64,000 nt of DNA, taken from the NCBI GenBank assembly GCA_036172245.1, contig JAYWIR010000005.1, positions 2,294,001 through 2,358,000 on the forward strand, given 5' to 3'. Under the pieces are notes generated by a model, which did no database searches, was not told the DNA's origin, and saw only the letters and a program-made list of their open reading frames with translations. Origin of the DNA: Raillietiella orientalis. Taxonomy: Eukaryota. Each line of letters starts with the position of its first letter. The first letter of the stretch is position 1. Below, piece after piece: positions 25,469-38,295 of this stretch. Both the position numbers and the translations under genes were made by a program.

Positions 25469-27508
25469 GTTGTGGGCAAAACCCAATGTCCTGGGTTACA
25501 CCAGGGCATTCAGTGGTTACGCCGCTGAGCGCGTGACGGTTCGTGCCGAGGGAGGGCTAGCCCACAGACTGCAGGTCGGGGAGGAGATCGACCTGTGGTA
25601 TGTGGGGAAACCCGTTTACTGCGGCTTTTGCCAGGTGTCGGGGCACCTGAAGAAAAAGTGCCCCAACATCGTGTGCTCGGGCTGCGGAGGAAAGGGGCAC
25701 ATCAGACGGATGTGCCCCAACAGCAAAAGGACGTCCCGGTAGGCAAAAGGAAAGAAGAGACGCCTAGGGAAGAAGACAAGGGCCAGGAAATGGCCGAATC
25801 CCGCCCGGCCAACCAACCCGATACTCAGCCATCCTCCAGCGCAGAACCTGCTGGAGAGAACGCCGAGAACGTGGAAGGTTGGCAAAAGGTAGGGAACAAA
25901 AAGCCCCAGAATAAGGAGGCAAAAAAGATAAACAAGGCGGCGCCGAAAAAGCAGAAACCGGTCGTCCGCGCTTGTACGGTGAAAATCGAACGCGTCTCGA
26001 TCGCCAGAGCTGTAAAGAAAGTAACGGTAAAGGCGATCGATACCGTCGATCCTGAGCCGGTCGTGCCCGCAGTGACGTCACCATCAGCTTACGACAATGC
26101 CGTTCCGGCATTGCCAGCGAAGGACGTCTGCGCGCCGATCGATGAAGCCGCTTCCATTGCGCCTGCACCGACTGTCAGTGCGGAAAGCGAGGAGGCGGCG
26201 CGTATAACGGACGCGACCTTCGCGCAGGCCGCGGAAGAGCTGGCAGCCATGTTACGGCAGCCTGCCAATGCCGAGAAAAAGGCCTTGAGACGACCGGCAA
26301 CGGTGAAGGGCCCGGAAAATTCCGAGTCCGAAACCGAAGCCGGTTGTTCTACTTCCGCAGCCGTGCCGAAGAGGAAGGCTGGCAAGAAAACCGGTTGCCC
26401 GAGATGTGTCGCCCCTCCGCAGGTGGAGGAGGCCATGTCGTCGGGCACGGAGGAGGAGGCAATGTGCGTCGCGCCACGCGACCCCTCTCCGATCCGTGTC
26501 TCGGAAGCCATCCCGATGGATGTCGCTGTGGAAGACGTGCTCCCGTGTGAGCAGCCGACCGTCGTCACGCCCGCCAACGAGCCGCCTCCCGCAAGGGAGG
26601 AGGCCGCCTCCACCCCACAATAAACACACCAATGCGTGGGCTCGCCTCCTGCCGCCGCTTGCGCATCATCTGTTGCAACGTCAACGGGTTGCGCGACGAC
26701 GGTAAGAGGCGAGACGTAGCCGCCATACTGCGAGACTTCGACCTGGTGCTCCTGCAAGAGACGCACGTTCTCAAAGCAGAAGTCCAGGAAATCGAAAGAA
26801 TCGCGGGAGGGCGGCTACTGTGGAGGAACGGAAACGACCGCTCCTGCGGAGTTACCTTTATGCTTAAGCCAGCCGTCGACAACGCATTGCGCAGCGTGAG
26901 GTTCGACGAGGAAGGTCGAGTTGGGCAGCTTGCGTTCAAGTGGTCCGACACGATCGACCTCATAGTCACGAACCTGTACCCTCCGGTGTGCAACCACAGG
27001 GCCGAGGAACGCACTGCGTTCTTCGAATCCCTGCGGCGAGACTCGTTGGCTGAAGAAAGCGTACGACGGGCGCACCCCATTGCGGGCGAATTCAATCTCC
27101 GCCTGCTGGCAGGTGCGCCGTGCATTCGAGCACGACTGGTCAACGAGTTGTGCGCAGCCATCAATGCGCGCAATTTCTTGGGCGGTGATGCCGGGAGAGA
27201 TCGGAACATCGACCACGTTCCTCGACAACCACCTGTGCACGCGGGTGGGAACTCGAGGAACGCTCCCGGCACAGCTGTCCGACCATCCACGGCTGGTGCT
27301 CGAGATACATCCACGTGGCAAGGGCCCTCCCCTGAAAACGTGGCGCCTGCCAGGGGACTGGTTGCGCCTCGCAGGAGCGGCGGAACATCTACGCGCCTTC
27401 CTGCGAGGAATCCATCTTGAGACGCTCGTGGACTGGGACGAAATGAAGTGCTCAGTCCGCGAGTTTTGCGACCAGTTTCCCCTGGAACGTCTTCCGCCGG
27501 GCTTCGGC
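25466..27508 (+). mobile_element. Tx1-like LINE A1: 5'-truncated ORF1 plus APE endonuclease, cut at GFG
   Basis: Two CCHC knuckles (CGFCQVSGHLKKKC, CSGCGGKGHIRRMC). ORF1 stop at 26623. ORF2 from 26632 with CNVNG, LQETH, NLYPP, SDH. Homology ends at LPPGFG. Confidence 0.92.
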
Positions 27509-30507
27509 GTTATCACCCGGGTAGGCCCGGGGCGTTTATTTGTAAACTCTACATGCGTGGTACGAGGCCCCACCACGGCCGTAAACACAGAACCTGTCGG
27601 GACACCGGGACGCAGCCCGGCGTGGCACTCCCCAAGAGCGAAGGAAGAAGGAAATAAGACAAAAATAAAAATAAAAAAAGAAACAAACAAAAAGAAGTTG
27701 GAAGGCAGGGAAGGGATCACTGGTCGCTGTGGGGAGGGCCCATCCGTCGAACGAAGCCCTCGAAGTCTGTCTGCATATTCCCTAGTTGGGGCCATCCGGC
27801 AGCTCTCCGCAAGAAACGTTGGGCATACGGGATGACATCCTTCGCCTGTGAACCCACTCCTTCGTTGTTGGCGTCGCTCCATGCCGCCACGATGCCACGG
27901 ACGCAGCACAAGGCTGCGATGGCTGCGGCTGGCTGCAGTGCGTCCTTCACGAAGAGGGGCCGAAGAACGTCTCTGGGGGTGCTGCCCGTAGGGAGACCGA
28001 GGGTCGTCCCGAACCGTTCCCAAAGGGGACGAAGGGCAGCACAGTCCACAATAAGGTGGGAGAGCGATTCCCTCTCTCCGCACCTGACACACGCAGGATC
28101 CACAACTCCTCTTGTCCACTGGGAGCGCCGTGCGTTGCAGGGTAAACCCCAATGCAACAACAGCAACGCCGACTCTTTCCACTTAAGGGGCAGGATCCTG
28201 GATTCCTGAAGAAGCGGGGGCCACTTCAGCACATCCATAGGGATGGCCAGCAGCTCGCCCCATCTTCTTAGTCCTCGCGGCTGGACGCTCGGTGTCGTGG
28301 CGTCGGCTAGTTCTCCTGTTGTCCAGCCGCTGATCAACTTTTCGCGTCCCTCGATGCAGCAGGAGACTTGCCACCTTGGCGTCCGACTGCTGTAAAGCGC
28401 CCTCCTCAGGAAGGGCAGCGCCGTAGCCAGGCAGGTTGTCTCTGCCCACGTGCTTCTAGCTGGATTCTCCAGGAGATTCCTGAGTGCAGCGGGCGTAGGG
28501 GCTGCATCGGGGACGATTCCACGTTAAATGGCTTTTCTGATTCACCACTGCCCACGTTCCGATGTTCTCCTCGAGCCAGGCGGAGGAGGTGGCGGGGCAG
28601 CAAACCATCCAGCTGTTCTCCATGGCCAACGATGCCATGCGCCCGAGCTGTAGGCCGCATCTTCTGATCTTCCGGCCGGGGCACAGAAGAAAAGACGCGA
28701 GTCCCTCGCACCGGGACACACGACTGGCGAGCAGGCGAGCCGGAATGCACCACGGGGTGCTCCACATCTTCGCTGCGATGGCGAGGGTACGCATTGGCAG
28801 CTGTTTCTCCAAAGGCTCCAGCGTCAGGAGGCTAAGTCCGCCGTCCCGACGAGGAGCGCAAAGGTCCTTCAAAGGGAATCGGGGCGTCCCCTTGCCCCAA
28901 AGGGCGATGCGGAGGAGGTCCTTCGTCCTCTTTTTCACAACTCCTGGGGCGAAGCAAACAAAAAGCAGGGGGCGGAGGAGAGGAGTCGCGAGCGTGTTCC
29001 AAACCGCGGTCCGTTCAGGCAGGAAAAACCTGCCGCCTCGGAACGGGCCGATCGCCGTCTCTACTTTTTGGAGGCAGCTGGACCACGCTTCCGCAGTGGA
29101 GTAGTCCCCCAACGTCACACCAAGGTACTTGAAGTACCTCACCGTGGGAATCCCCAAACGGACCCAGTCCTGCTGCCCTGCCCACGCCGCACCAACTGGC
29201 ATCACGGACGACTTCGCCCTGTTCACCGTAAGTCCGGTCCCGCGGTTGAGCAGGTCGAAGAAATCTCCTACCGCCTTCGCCGGGGTGGACATAGGTAAAT
29301 GGAGCAGAAGTTCGTCGGCATAAACACTTACGGCGGGCGTGTCGGGCCACGAGCTCGGCAAGGGGGCCAAAGTCACCCTGTACGCTCTCAGTACCAACTC
29401 AAAGTAGATGCTAAAGAGCAGGGGGCTGAGGCTATCTCCCTGCCGTATGCCCAGCCCCACCGGCACGCCGTACACCTGTTGGCTGGAAAAGCAGATGTTA
29501 AGGATGGCGTTGCGCCAGCAGGAGCGCAGGAAGGAGAGAAGGGCGGGTGGGAAGCCCATGCGACCCAAGAGCTACCAGAGGAGTTCCTGGTCTACACAGT
29601 CGAACGCCTTATGGAGATCGACTGCGAGCGCTAGAGCCCCCTTCCCAGCCCGGCTGGCGGCCCTAATGTGGGGTTGCCGACTTTCCTTATCCCTTTCTTT
29701 TCTCTTCTGTGCAGGTGCACCCATGTGCTTGCGAAGAAGAGGTTGGCATCCATACTTCGCTTGGGAACAGCATAAGTCTGGTCCGGGCTAATGACGGATT
29801 CTGCCACCTGCCCAGACGCGAAGCCCATGGCCCTGCTATTAATCCTGCATCCGTATTCACGACCGTGATCGGACGCCAGTTCTGTGAATTTCTGAGGTCT
29901 CCCCCTTTCGGAAGGAGCCTCACGCTGTCTGAGCGAAACAAGGCGGGAACATCGCCTTCGTCTCGGTTCAGCCTTATCAACTTAAGCAACAGGGTTGCAA
30001 GCTCTTCCGCGAAGCTCTGAAAGAACTCCGCGGGCAATCCGTCTTCCCCTGGAGCTTTACGCCTCTTGAACCTTTTGATACCGGCGAGAACGTCGCCGGT
30101 GGTAAAAGGGTCGTCGAGGCTCTCCATCTCCTCCTCCTCTATTGCCGAAGCGCCATCCGGAAGCAAGCGCCGAGAGGCGTGTCGATCCGGGTGCTCCCTG
30201 GCGGAAAGGGAGGAAGAAAAACTCCGCACAAGATGCCGTACCGACGCCGTGGACGAACATTCGCGGCTCTGGTCGTCCAGCAAGCTGGCCAACCCGGATT
30301 GCCAGGCTTGGCGTTCGGTCCCGGCGCGGTACTCGGCCAGACGAGGGACATTAGGTGTTCTCTCGTACCTACGGGCCTGTAAGTAGGCCCGATGGTTGCA
30401 AGTACCCTCGCCGAATCCGATGGGCAGGCGGTCCAGGGGGAACTGCTCGCAGAACTCCCGGACCGAGGCCTTGAGAAGCTCTAGATCCGAGAGACTCTGG
30501 AGCGTCG
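27509..30507 (-). mobile_element. Tx1-like LINE B1: 3' part (linker, RT, C-terminal Cys motif, 3' UTR)
   Basis: WRPITVVN, GIRQGDSLSPLLF, YADE, FKYLGV, CVRCGERESLSHLIVDC. Stop at 27717. AATAAA-hairpin terminus at 27509-27540. Confidence 0.93.
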
Positions 30508-33138
30508 ATCAGACGTGTCTTTGCGTTGCTCGTGAGTTTCATTTCCGTTGGTGCTTGTGCGTGTTGTGGGTGGAGGATTAGGCAGCAATGCCTGATACCA
30601 CCACCGGTGTGGATCCGGGGGCGATGACCTCATTGCCTCCGGAGGAGATGGAGGTGAGGGTTCCCGCATCAGTGGTGCCTCCCGCCAGCACGGATGCGCC
30701 CCCGGCCCTACGCAGGGCTTGGAAAGCCGTAGCTGCGGCACCTACGTTAGCGGCTATGGCGGAAATGCGCGCTTACCTGTAGGAGGGGTATAGCCCATCA
30801 CTTCTATATAAGGTAGGCGGTCTATATTCTCCCGAGAACACGCGCGCCTTCTCGCAGGCGATGCGCGTTCTCGGTGTACAAAAAGAGGAGCTTCTGGCTA
30901 TGTCCGTCAGAAGCGGGGGTCAATTTGTGGAAGTTATCTGCAGGGAGGCAACTCTTGCGCAGAGACTTCTGCGAACCCCCGTAATTATGGGCAGTCGGAG
31001 GCTTCTCCCAATTACTGAAGACCGGTCGGTGATCATTCACCTGACCGGTATCACGTTCCGGATGACGAAGGAGGCCGTCCGGAACGAATTAGAAAAATTC
31101 ACAACTGTCCACGCGCTGTGAGGTAAGCCTACTCCTATTGTTGATTACGACGGGGTGCTTGGCGGCCTGGATGCAGCGCGAATGACGGTTCGCGAAGGAT
31201 GTGAGTGTCCCCACAAACTCACCGTCAACGGTGAATCCGTTGACGTGTGGTACGCTGGGAAACCCAAGTTTTGCGGCTGCTGCAGCAGCTTTGGTCACCT
31301 TAAAATGAGGTGTCAAAGCGTGCAGTGCCAGCAATGCAAACAAGCGAGGCATACCCGTCTGGTATGCCCCCAAAACACAGTCCGCGTCGTGTCCGCAAAA
31401 AACGCGAGAAAGCGCGCGGCTAAAAAGAGAAAGAAGCTGGCAGCTCGTGCTGCTGCTAAGGAGGTCACCTCCTCCACCAAGGCGAAGGCCAGCCCCGAGA
31501 CCTTGGCGAAAAACGCCGAAAAGGTCGAGGGTGAGGGTCAAGAGCCAGGGTCAAGAGCCAGGGTCAAGAGCCAGGGTGGCAGAAGGTCGACCCCAAGAAA
31601 AACTCCCCTAAGAAGGGAAAGAACGTGGCGAAACGGAGCAAAAGCGCTTGGCGCCGCGAAAAAACCAAAAGCTGCTGCGTCGTCGTAGATCGGATTCCCG
31701 GCATCGACAAATGCGGCGCTAAAGAACTCGCTGCTGCCCCTGCTCAACCTTCCGTTGACAAAGTCAACAAGGAGGGCAGCGAGGCGGCGGCGTCTGTCAT
31801 CGAGCCCACGCTCGATGACGTCGCCTTCGAGCGCGCCGCGGAGGAACTGGCTGCCTCGTTGCAGCCGGCCGCCCCCAAGGCTGGCAAGAAGGCCGTCAGG
31901 CGTCCGGCTTCCCCTCAGGAGTCGGCCACTTCCGACCCCGAGGTGAAGGCCGGAAACACAGCATCCATCTCCTCGGCACCCCGCAAAAAGGCAGGACGAA
32001 AGTCCACAATGCCCCGGAAGATCGTCTCCCCCGACGAAGGGGAAGAGATGGCTTCCGGCTGCGAGGGTGCGATGAGCGTGGGAAACTCCCGGGACCCGTC
32101 GCCCGATCGAATCCCCCGCGCGGACACGGAGGAGATGGAGGGGGTGGAGGCCGAACAGGTGCCTTTGGTGCCTGAAGAGGCCTCCGTCCCCATGGACATC
32201 CCGAACACCTGCCCCGCGGTAGGTGGTGCAACGCCACCTTTCCAGCAATAAAGCCGGGAATCGCCTCCCGTCGTCGTCTGCTGATCGCCTGCTGGAACGT
32301 CAACGGGCTAAGCAACGACGGCAAGAGGCGTGACGTGGCCGCCACCCTGGCATCCTTCGACCTGGTGCTGCTGCAGGAGATCCACGTGATCTCCGCAGAT
32401 CAAGCCGTGGAGATCGAACGGATCTCGGGTGCTCGGCTGCTGTGGCGCTGCGGTACCGCGAAATCTAGCGGTGTTGCCTTCCTGCTCTGACCAGCCATCG
32501 AGTCCGCAATAAAGGACGTACGGTTTGATGACGCCGGTCGCGTCGTTCAGCTGACTCTCAGCTGGTACGACTCAATCGACCTGGTCGTCTCCAACCTGTA
32601 CGCTCCTATCGGTAAGGACGCGTTGAGGGCGAAGGCAAGAAGAGAATTCTACCTTGCCCTCGGATGCGATTGGCTGATCGAAGCAAGTGTTCGCAAAGCG
32701 CACCTGATCGCAGGTGACTTCAACCTGCGCCTGCTTTCAGGTGCGCCGGATACACTGAACGACCGCGTCAACGAATTTTGCGCGCAAATGCACACGTGCA
32801 ACTTGCTGGCCGGAGATACGGACATGGAAAGGAGCATCGATCACGTGTACCTTGACCAGAACCTATGCTCCCGCGTGGGCAGGCGCCGCAAGTTACCGTC
32901 CGAGCTGTCGGACCATGGCCGAATCGTGTTCGTAGTGCATCCGCGCGACAAGGGTCCCCCCTCGTCAGCGTGGCGTCTGCCAGGGGACTGGCTCAAGTTC
33001 CCGGACGCGGCGGAACATCTCCGCGCGTTCATACGGAACTTCAGGATGGGGACGCTTCAGGACTGGGACCGCTTCAAGCGGTCGGTCCAGGAGTTCTGCG
33101 ACCGGTTCCCTTTGCATCGCCTACCTGCGGGATTTGGG
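30508..33138 (+). mobile_element. Tx1-like LINE A2: 5' end, ORF1 (30588-32251, disrupted), APE, cut at GFG
   Basis: GACGTG 5' motif at 30512, CCHC knuckles, WNVNG/LQEIH/GDFN/IDHV/SDH. Ends LPAGFG. A 13-bp triplication at 31534-31577 shifts the ORF1 frame. Confidence 0.92.
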
Positions 33139-36100
33139 GTTGCCACCCGGGTACGCCCGGAACGTTTAATTTCAAAAACTCTACAAAACGTGGTACGAGG
33201 CCCCACTAACGGCCACACAACACACGACCTGCCTGGACGCCGGGACGCAGCCCGGCGTGACGCTCCTCGGCAGTGGAAGGGGATAGGGATGAAAACAAAA
33301 AGAAAAATAAAGATATGAAAAGAAAAACAAAAAGAGTTTGGAGGGAGAGGAAGGGATCACAATCCACTGGGAAGAGGGCCCATGCTTCGCAGGATGCCCT
33401 CCAGGTCCATCTTCATGCTTCCCAGATGGGGCCATCTCGCAGCTCTCCGCATGAAGCAGACCGCATACGGGATGACATCCCTCGCGTTGGCATCCACTCC
33501 TTCGTCGCGAATGTCGCTCCAGGCCGCCACGATGCACCGGATGCAGCAGAGGCCTGCGAGGCCGGCGGAGGGCTGCAGGTCGTCCCGCACGAAGAGGGGC
33601 CGAAGAACGTCTCTGGGCGCGCTGCCCATTGGGAGCTCGAGTGTCGTCCCGAACCGTTCCCACAGGGGTCGGAGGGCAGCACAGTCAACAAGTAAGTGGG
33701 GTAGCAATTCCCGCTCCCCACACCTGGCACACTCAGGCCTTACACTTTCCAGCGTACAGTGGAAGCGGCGCGCGTTGCAGGGTAGACCACAGTGCAAGAG
33801 CAGCAGCGCCGACTCTTGCAACTTCAGGGGGAGAAGCCTGGATCCGATTAATATTGGGGGCCACTTCAGGTCATCCGTCGGGATGCCGAGCAGCTCGCCC
33901 CAGCGAAGAAGTGAACGCGGGAGGCCACTCGGGGACGTGGCATCTGCCAGTTCTCCCATGGTCCAACCGCTCACCTTCTTTTCCTTGCCTGCGATTCGGC
34001 AGAAGACTTGCATCCTTGGCTTGCGGCCACTGGTTAAAACCCTTCGTAGGAAGGGCAGGGTCGTGGCTGGAGGGGTAGTCTCCGCCCACGTGCTCCAGGC
34101 AGGACACTCCAGAGTAGTCTGCAGTGTGAAGCAGGCGTTGGGGCGAATCGCAGGCGGTTCCATTCCGGAAAAGTCTGGAGGTTCAGCTTGGCACACGTCG
34201 CAACGGATTACTCCAGCCAGGCGGAGGAGTTGAAGGGGCTGCATACCGTTTAGCCGTTGTCTCTCAACAGGGCTTCCATGCGCCCAAGGAGAAGGCCGCA
34301 TCTTCTGACCTTCCTGCCAGAGCACAGAAGGTACGACGCGAGTCCTTGCGTCCTGGACGCACGGCTGGCGAGGATGCGGTCCGGAACGCCCTAAGGGGTG
34401 CTCCATGACTTTGCTGCGATGGCGAGGGTGCGCTATCGTAGCTGTATGTCCAGGCGCTCCAGCGTCAGGAGGCCGAGACCGCCGTCCAAACGAGGAGCGC
34501 ATAAGTCATCTAGAGGCACACGTGGCCTCCCGCTGCCCCAGAGAACGATGCGGAGTAGGTCCTTGGTCCTCTTTTTAATGTCACGGGGGACGGGGCAAAC
34601 AAAAAGCAGGGGGCGGAGGATGGGAGCCGCGAACGCGTTCCACACCGCGGCGCGTCCCGGCAGAAGGAACTTGCCTTCCAGGAACGGGCCGATTGCCAAC
34701 TCTACCTTTTGAGACAACCTGACCAGGCTTCTGAGAGTCAGAATTCCCCCAACGGGTCACCCAGGTACTTGAGGTACCTCACCGTGGATATCCCCAAACG
34801 GACCCAGTCCTGCTGCCCTGCCCACGCCGCACCAACTGGCATCACGGACGACTTCTCCCTGTTCACCGTAAGTCCGGTTCCCCGATGCAGCAGGTCCAAG
34901 AACTCCTCGACCACCGAAGCCGGGGTGAACATAGGAAGCATCAGCAGAAGGTCGTCCGCGTACGCTAAAACGGCCGGCGTACTTGCACAGTCGTGCGGCA
35001 GGTGCGCCAGAGTTCCCCTTTACGCTCTCAGTACAGACTCTAAGTAGGCACTGAAGAACAAGAGGCTCAGGCTGTCTCCCTGCCGGTTCCCACGCCGCAC
35101 CGGCACGCCTTGCACCGTCTGCTCGCTGAGAGAAACGTTGATGAGCGCGTCGCGCCAGCAGGAGCACAGATAGGCCACTGATGAGGCCGGAAAGCCCAAG
35201 CGTTCCAGAAGCTCCAGAAGGAGATTCTGGTCGACGCAAACGAATGCTTTCCGCAAGTCCATTGCGACCGCAAGGGCTCCCTTCCCCACCCGACCATCCA
35301 ATCCCTTGCCGGCGCACGCACCGGAATTCCGGCTGCGCATTAAGCTCCTTCCATGTTGGTGCTCTAGCCAGGTGAATGCGTGGAACAGGTTCGCCTCCAT
35401 GCTTCGCCCGGGAAGAGCATATGTCTTTTCCGGGCTAATGAAGATGTTGGCAACCCGTCCCAGACGCTCAGCCCAAACCTAAGCTATCAACTTGGCATCC
35501 GCATTCACTATTGTGATGGGACACCAGTTGTTCATGCTCCTCAGATCTCCTCCCTTAGGGAGGAGCCGCAGCTTTGTCAAACGAAACGAGGCGGGAACGT
35601 CACCTTTTTCGCATATCAGCAAGGTGAGTTGCTCTACCAGGGGGGTAAGCTTGGCCGCTAAAGTTTGGTGAAACTCCGCGGGCAGGCCGTCCTCCCCTGG
35701 AGCCGAGCGCCTCTTGAACTTTCCGATGGCCGAGAGAATCTCGTCCATCGTGAAAGGCTCGTCGAGGGTGTTTCTCTCCTCCTCTCCGATCTCTGGAGCG
35801 CCTTCGGGAAGCAGGAGTCGTAATACCTTCCTCTCCGGAGGTGCCCTGGCATACAGGGAGGAGTAGGAACTCCGCAGTAGGCCGCGATTTTTGGCGGTTG
35901 ACGAGTGCTCCTGGCCTTGATCGTCCAGGAAGCTGGCCGATGCGGACTCCCAGGCTTGCCTCTCGGCTCCCGCTTTGTATTCCGCCAGCCTGCGGCTGCC
36001 GGGGGTCCTGGCGTAACGACGGGCCTGAAGGTAAACTCGTTCGTTACGGACTACGGTTTTAGAACACGTAAGTAGGCGGTGAAGAGGGAACGGGTCGCAG

Positions 36101-36796
36101 AACTCCTGGACCTACCGATTGAAGCGGTCCCAATCCTAAATTGTCCGCAGCCTGAAGCTCCGTATGAACGTGCGGAGATCTTCCGCCGCGTCCGGGAGCT
36201 TCAGCCATTCCCCTGGGAGACGCCACGCTGACGACGGGGGGCCCTGTCGCGCGGATGGATCTCGAGGACTAGCGGGCGATGGTCGGACAGCTCTCACGGT
36301 AACTTGCCGCGCCTGCCCACGTGAGGGCACAGGTGCTTGTCAAGAAACACGTGGTCAATGCTGTCTTCCATCCCCGGTGCAGTGGTTAACAAATTACAGG
36401 TGTGCACCGCCATGCACACCTCGTTGACCAGGTCACGCTCGGGATTCTGCGCATCTGGTTTCAGGCGAACGTTGAAATCGCCTGCAACCAGATGGGCATT
36501 CCGCACGCCTGCTTCGGTCCGCCAGTCGCGCCGGAGGGCATGGAAAACCTCTTTCCTCGCCCTCCTGTTCATCAGGTCCGCGCCGCTAGGTGCGTACACG
36601 TTCGTGACGATCAGATCGATCAAGTCGGACCACCTGATAGTCAGCTGGGCGACACGACCGTGATCGTTGAACCGCACGCCCCGAGCCGCGCCCTCGACGG
36701 CTGGCCGAAGCAGGTAGGCGACACCGCAACTTTTCGGTCTCCCATACCTGTACCAAGCCGCCTTGCGGAGATCCGTTCGATCCCTTGCGCTCGTAC
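33139..36796 (-). mobile_element. Tx1-like LINE B2: most of ORF2 and the 3' UTR
   Basis: APE from xGIERI onward (NVYAPS, GDFN, IDHV), RT (DLRKAF, RQGDSLS, YADD), C-terminal CARC..H...C. Stop at 33357. Confidence 0.93.
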
Positions 36797-38153
36797 AGTG
36801 CAGACGTGTTTCCGCGTCTATCCGCGCCGTCGATCGGGCAACTTTGTGCCTGCGTTTTCGCTCGCACTTTTGTGTTCCTGTGCAATCTATCAAGTAGCAT
36901 AGTCCAACATGTCCAGTACACAGGACAGTGTGGAGGAGCAAGCCACTGGATGCAGTTCAGCTGCACTTGAAGTGGCCGCATACTGCGTTATGGTTTCCTC
37001 GCTCCCGGTGAGGAGTTACGCCGCCGTTACCTCCCAAAGACCAGGACCCTGCGATGCGGAGTTCCCGGCATATGTGTCATCAGGATACATGCCTGTACTG
37101 CGTTATAAGGTGAGTGGGCCCCTTAACGAAAAAATCGGTCGTGAGCTCAATGATGATATCGTCCGGATCGGCGTTCGCGAGGAGGAACTCCTTGCCATAA
37201 TGCCTGCTGGCAGGATGGAATATACGAAGATTCGGTGCAAGAACGCAGCACTTGTGCAGCGCCTTCTCCGTACGCCGTTGACCATCAATGGCAAGGAAGT
37301 CCTACCTACCGCGATGGACGACTCTTTTGTCGTTTAATTGTGCGACATCGAACCGGAAATCTCCAACCGCGATGTCGTAAGTGTGCTGGCGAAGTTCGCC
37401 AACGTGCACTCTCTGTGGAAGAGGCCAAATCCTCCAAAGGATTTCCCCTTTGTTTACATTGGACAAGCCTCGGCGCGGATCACCGTCGCGAACAGGCGTG
37501 TTGTGCCTGAGCAGCTGCAGGTGAACGGCACGGTCGTTCACCTGTAGTTCATAGGCCAGAATCTCGCGTGCGAGCAGTGCGGCAAGGATGGGCATTGAAT
37601 TAAAGAGTGCCCCTCTCCAAGGTGCCGCTATTGCAAAGATTCCGGGCACGAAATCAAAAAGTGCCCGGTACTTGCAAGAAAAAGAGCCGCAGCGTAAATT
37701 TGTCAGGTTCAAGAGACCACTGCACGAAAAGCCGCAGCGGCAAATAAAAAGCGTCGTCCGCAAAAACTCGGAAAAAACAACGAGCGATCCACGGACGAAA
37801 AGAAAGCATCCCCGCCCGCAACGCCCCGAAAGGGGAAAGTCATGGCAGGGAAGCCAATTAAAAAAAGGCGCGAGGATTTGACGCGTACCGTGCCCTTCCT
37901 CGCTGCCGAACTCGCAGGCACCTCTCCGAGCCAGGAACCAGGAAATCTCCGTAACACCCTGGAGGGAAAGGTAGGAAAACAGGAAGATCGCAACAGTGCG
38001 AAGACTTCTTGCCCCGTTCCGTTGTCCCTTTCGAGTTCCGGACAGGCCCAATGCAGCGCAGGCCCCTATGCAAAGGGTACGAAAGCAGTAAAAAGCAGCG
38101 TAGCGACCAGCAAAAGCACACTGCATGCAGTCTCCCCATCGCCGACTCGGCAG
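36797..38153 (+). mobile_element. Tx1-like LINE A3 part 1: 5' end and ORF1 start (ATG 36909)
   Basis: GACGTG at 36803. ORF1 homologous to the other copies (LVQRLLRTPL, VHSLW, CEQCGKDGH). Interrupted by element D. Confidence 0.88.
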
Positions 38154-38295
38154 TTTTCCCCAAGTCCCACGAGGGGTGGAGTAAATTTATTTTTCTGAAA
38201 TTTTTCTATAAAAACATTCACACTACAATCTCATCCAGAGCATTACCACTTTTTTTTACCACTATGAAGTCCTTGGGTTCGCACAAGTTCTGCAC

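Noticed and set aside
27509..33138. Twin-priming inversion explaining B1+A2 (and F+I) as single 5'-inverted insertions
   Set aside because: The roughly 90-nt region present in both B1 and A2 is clearly diverged (LELLKASVREFCEQ versus WDRFKRSVQEFCDR), so they are not one molecule. TSDs around D and A3 support true nesting.
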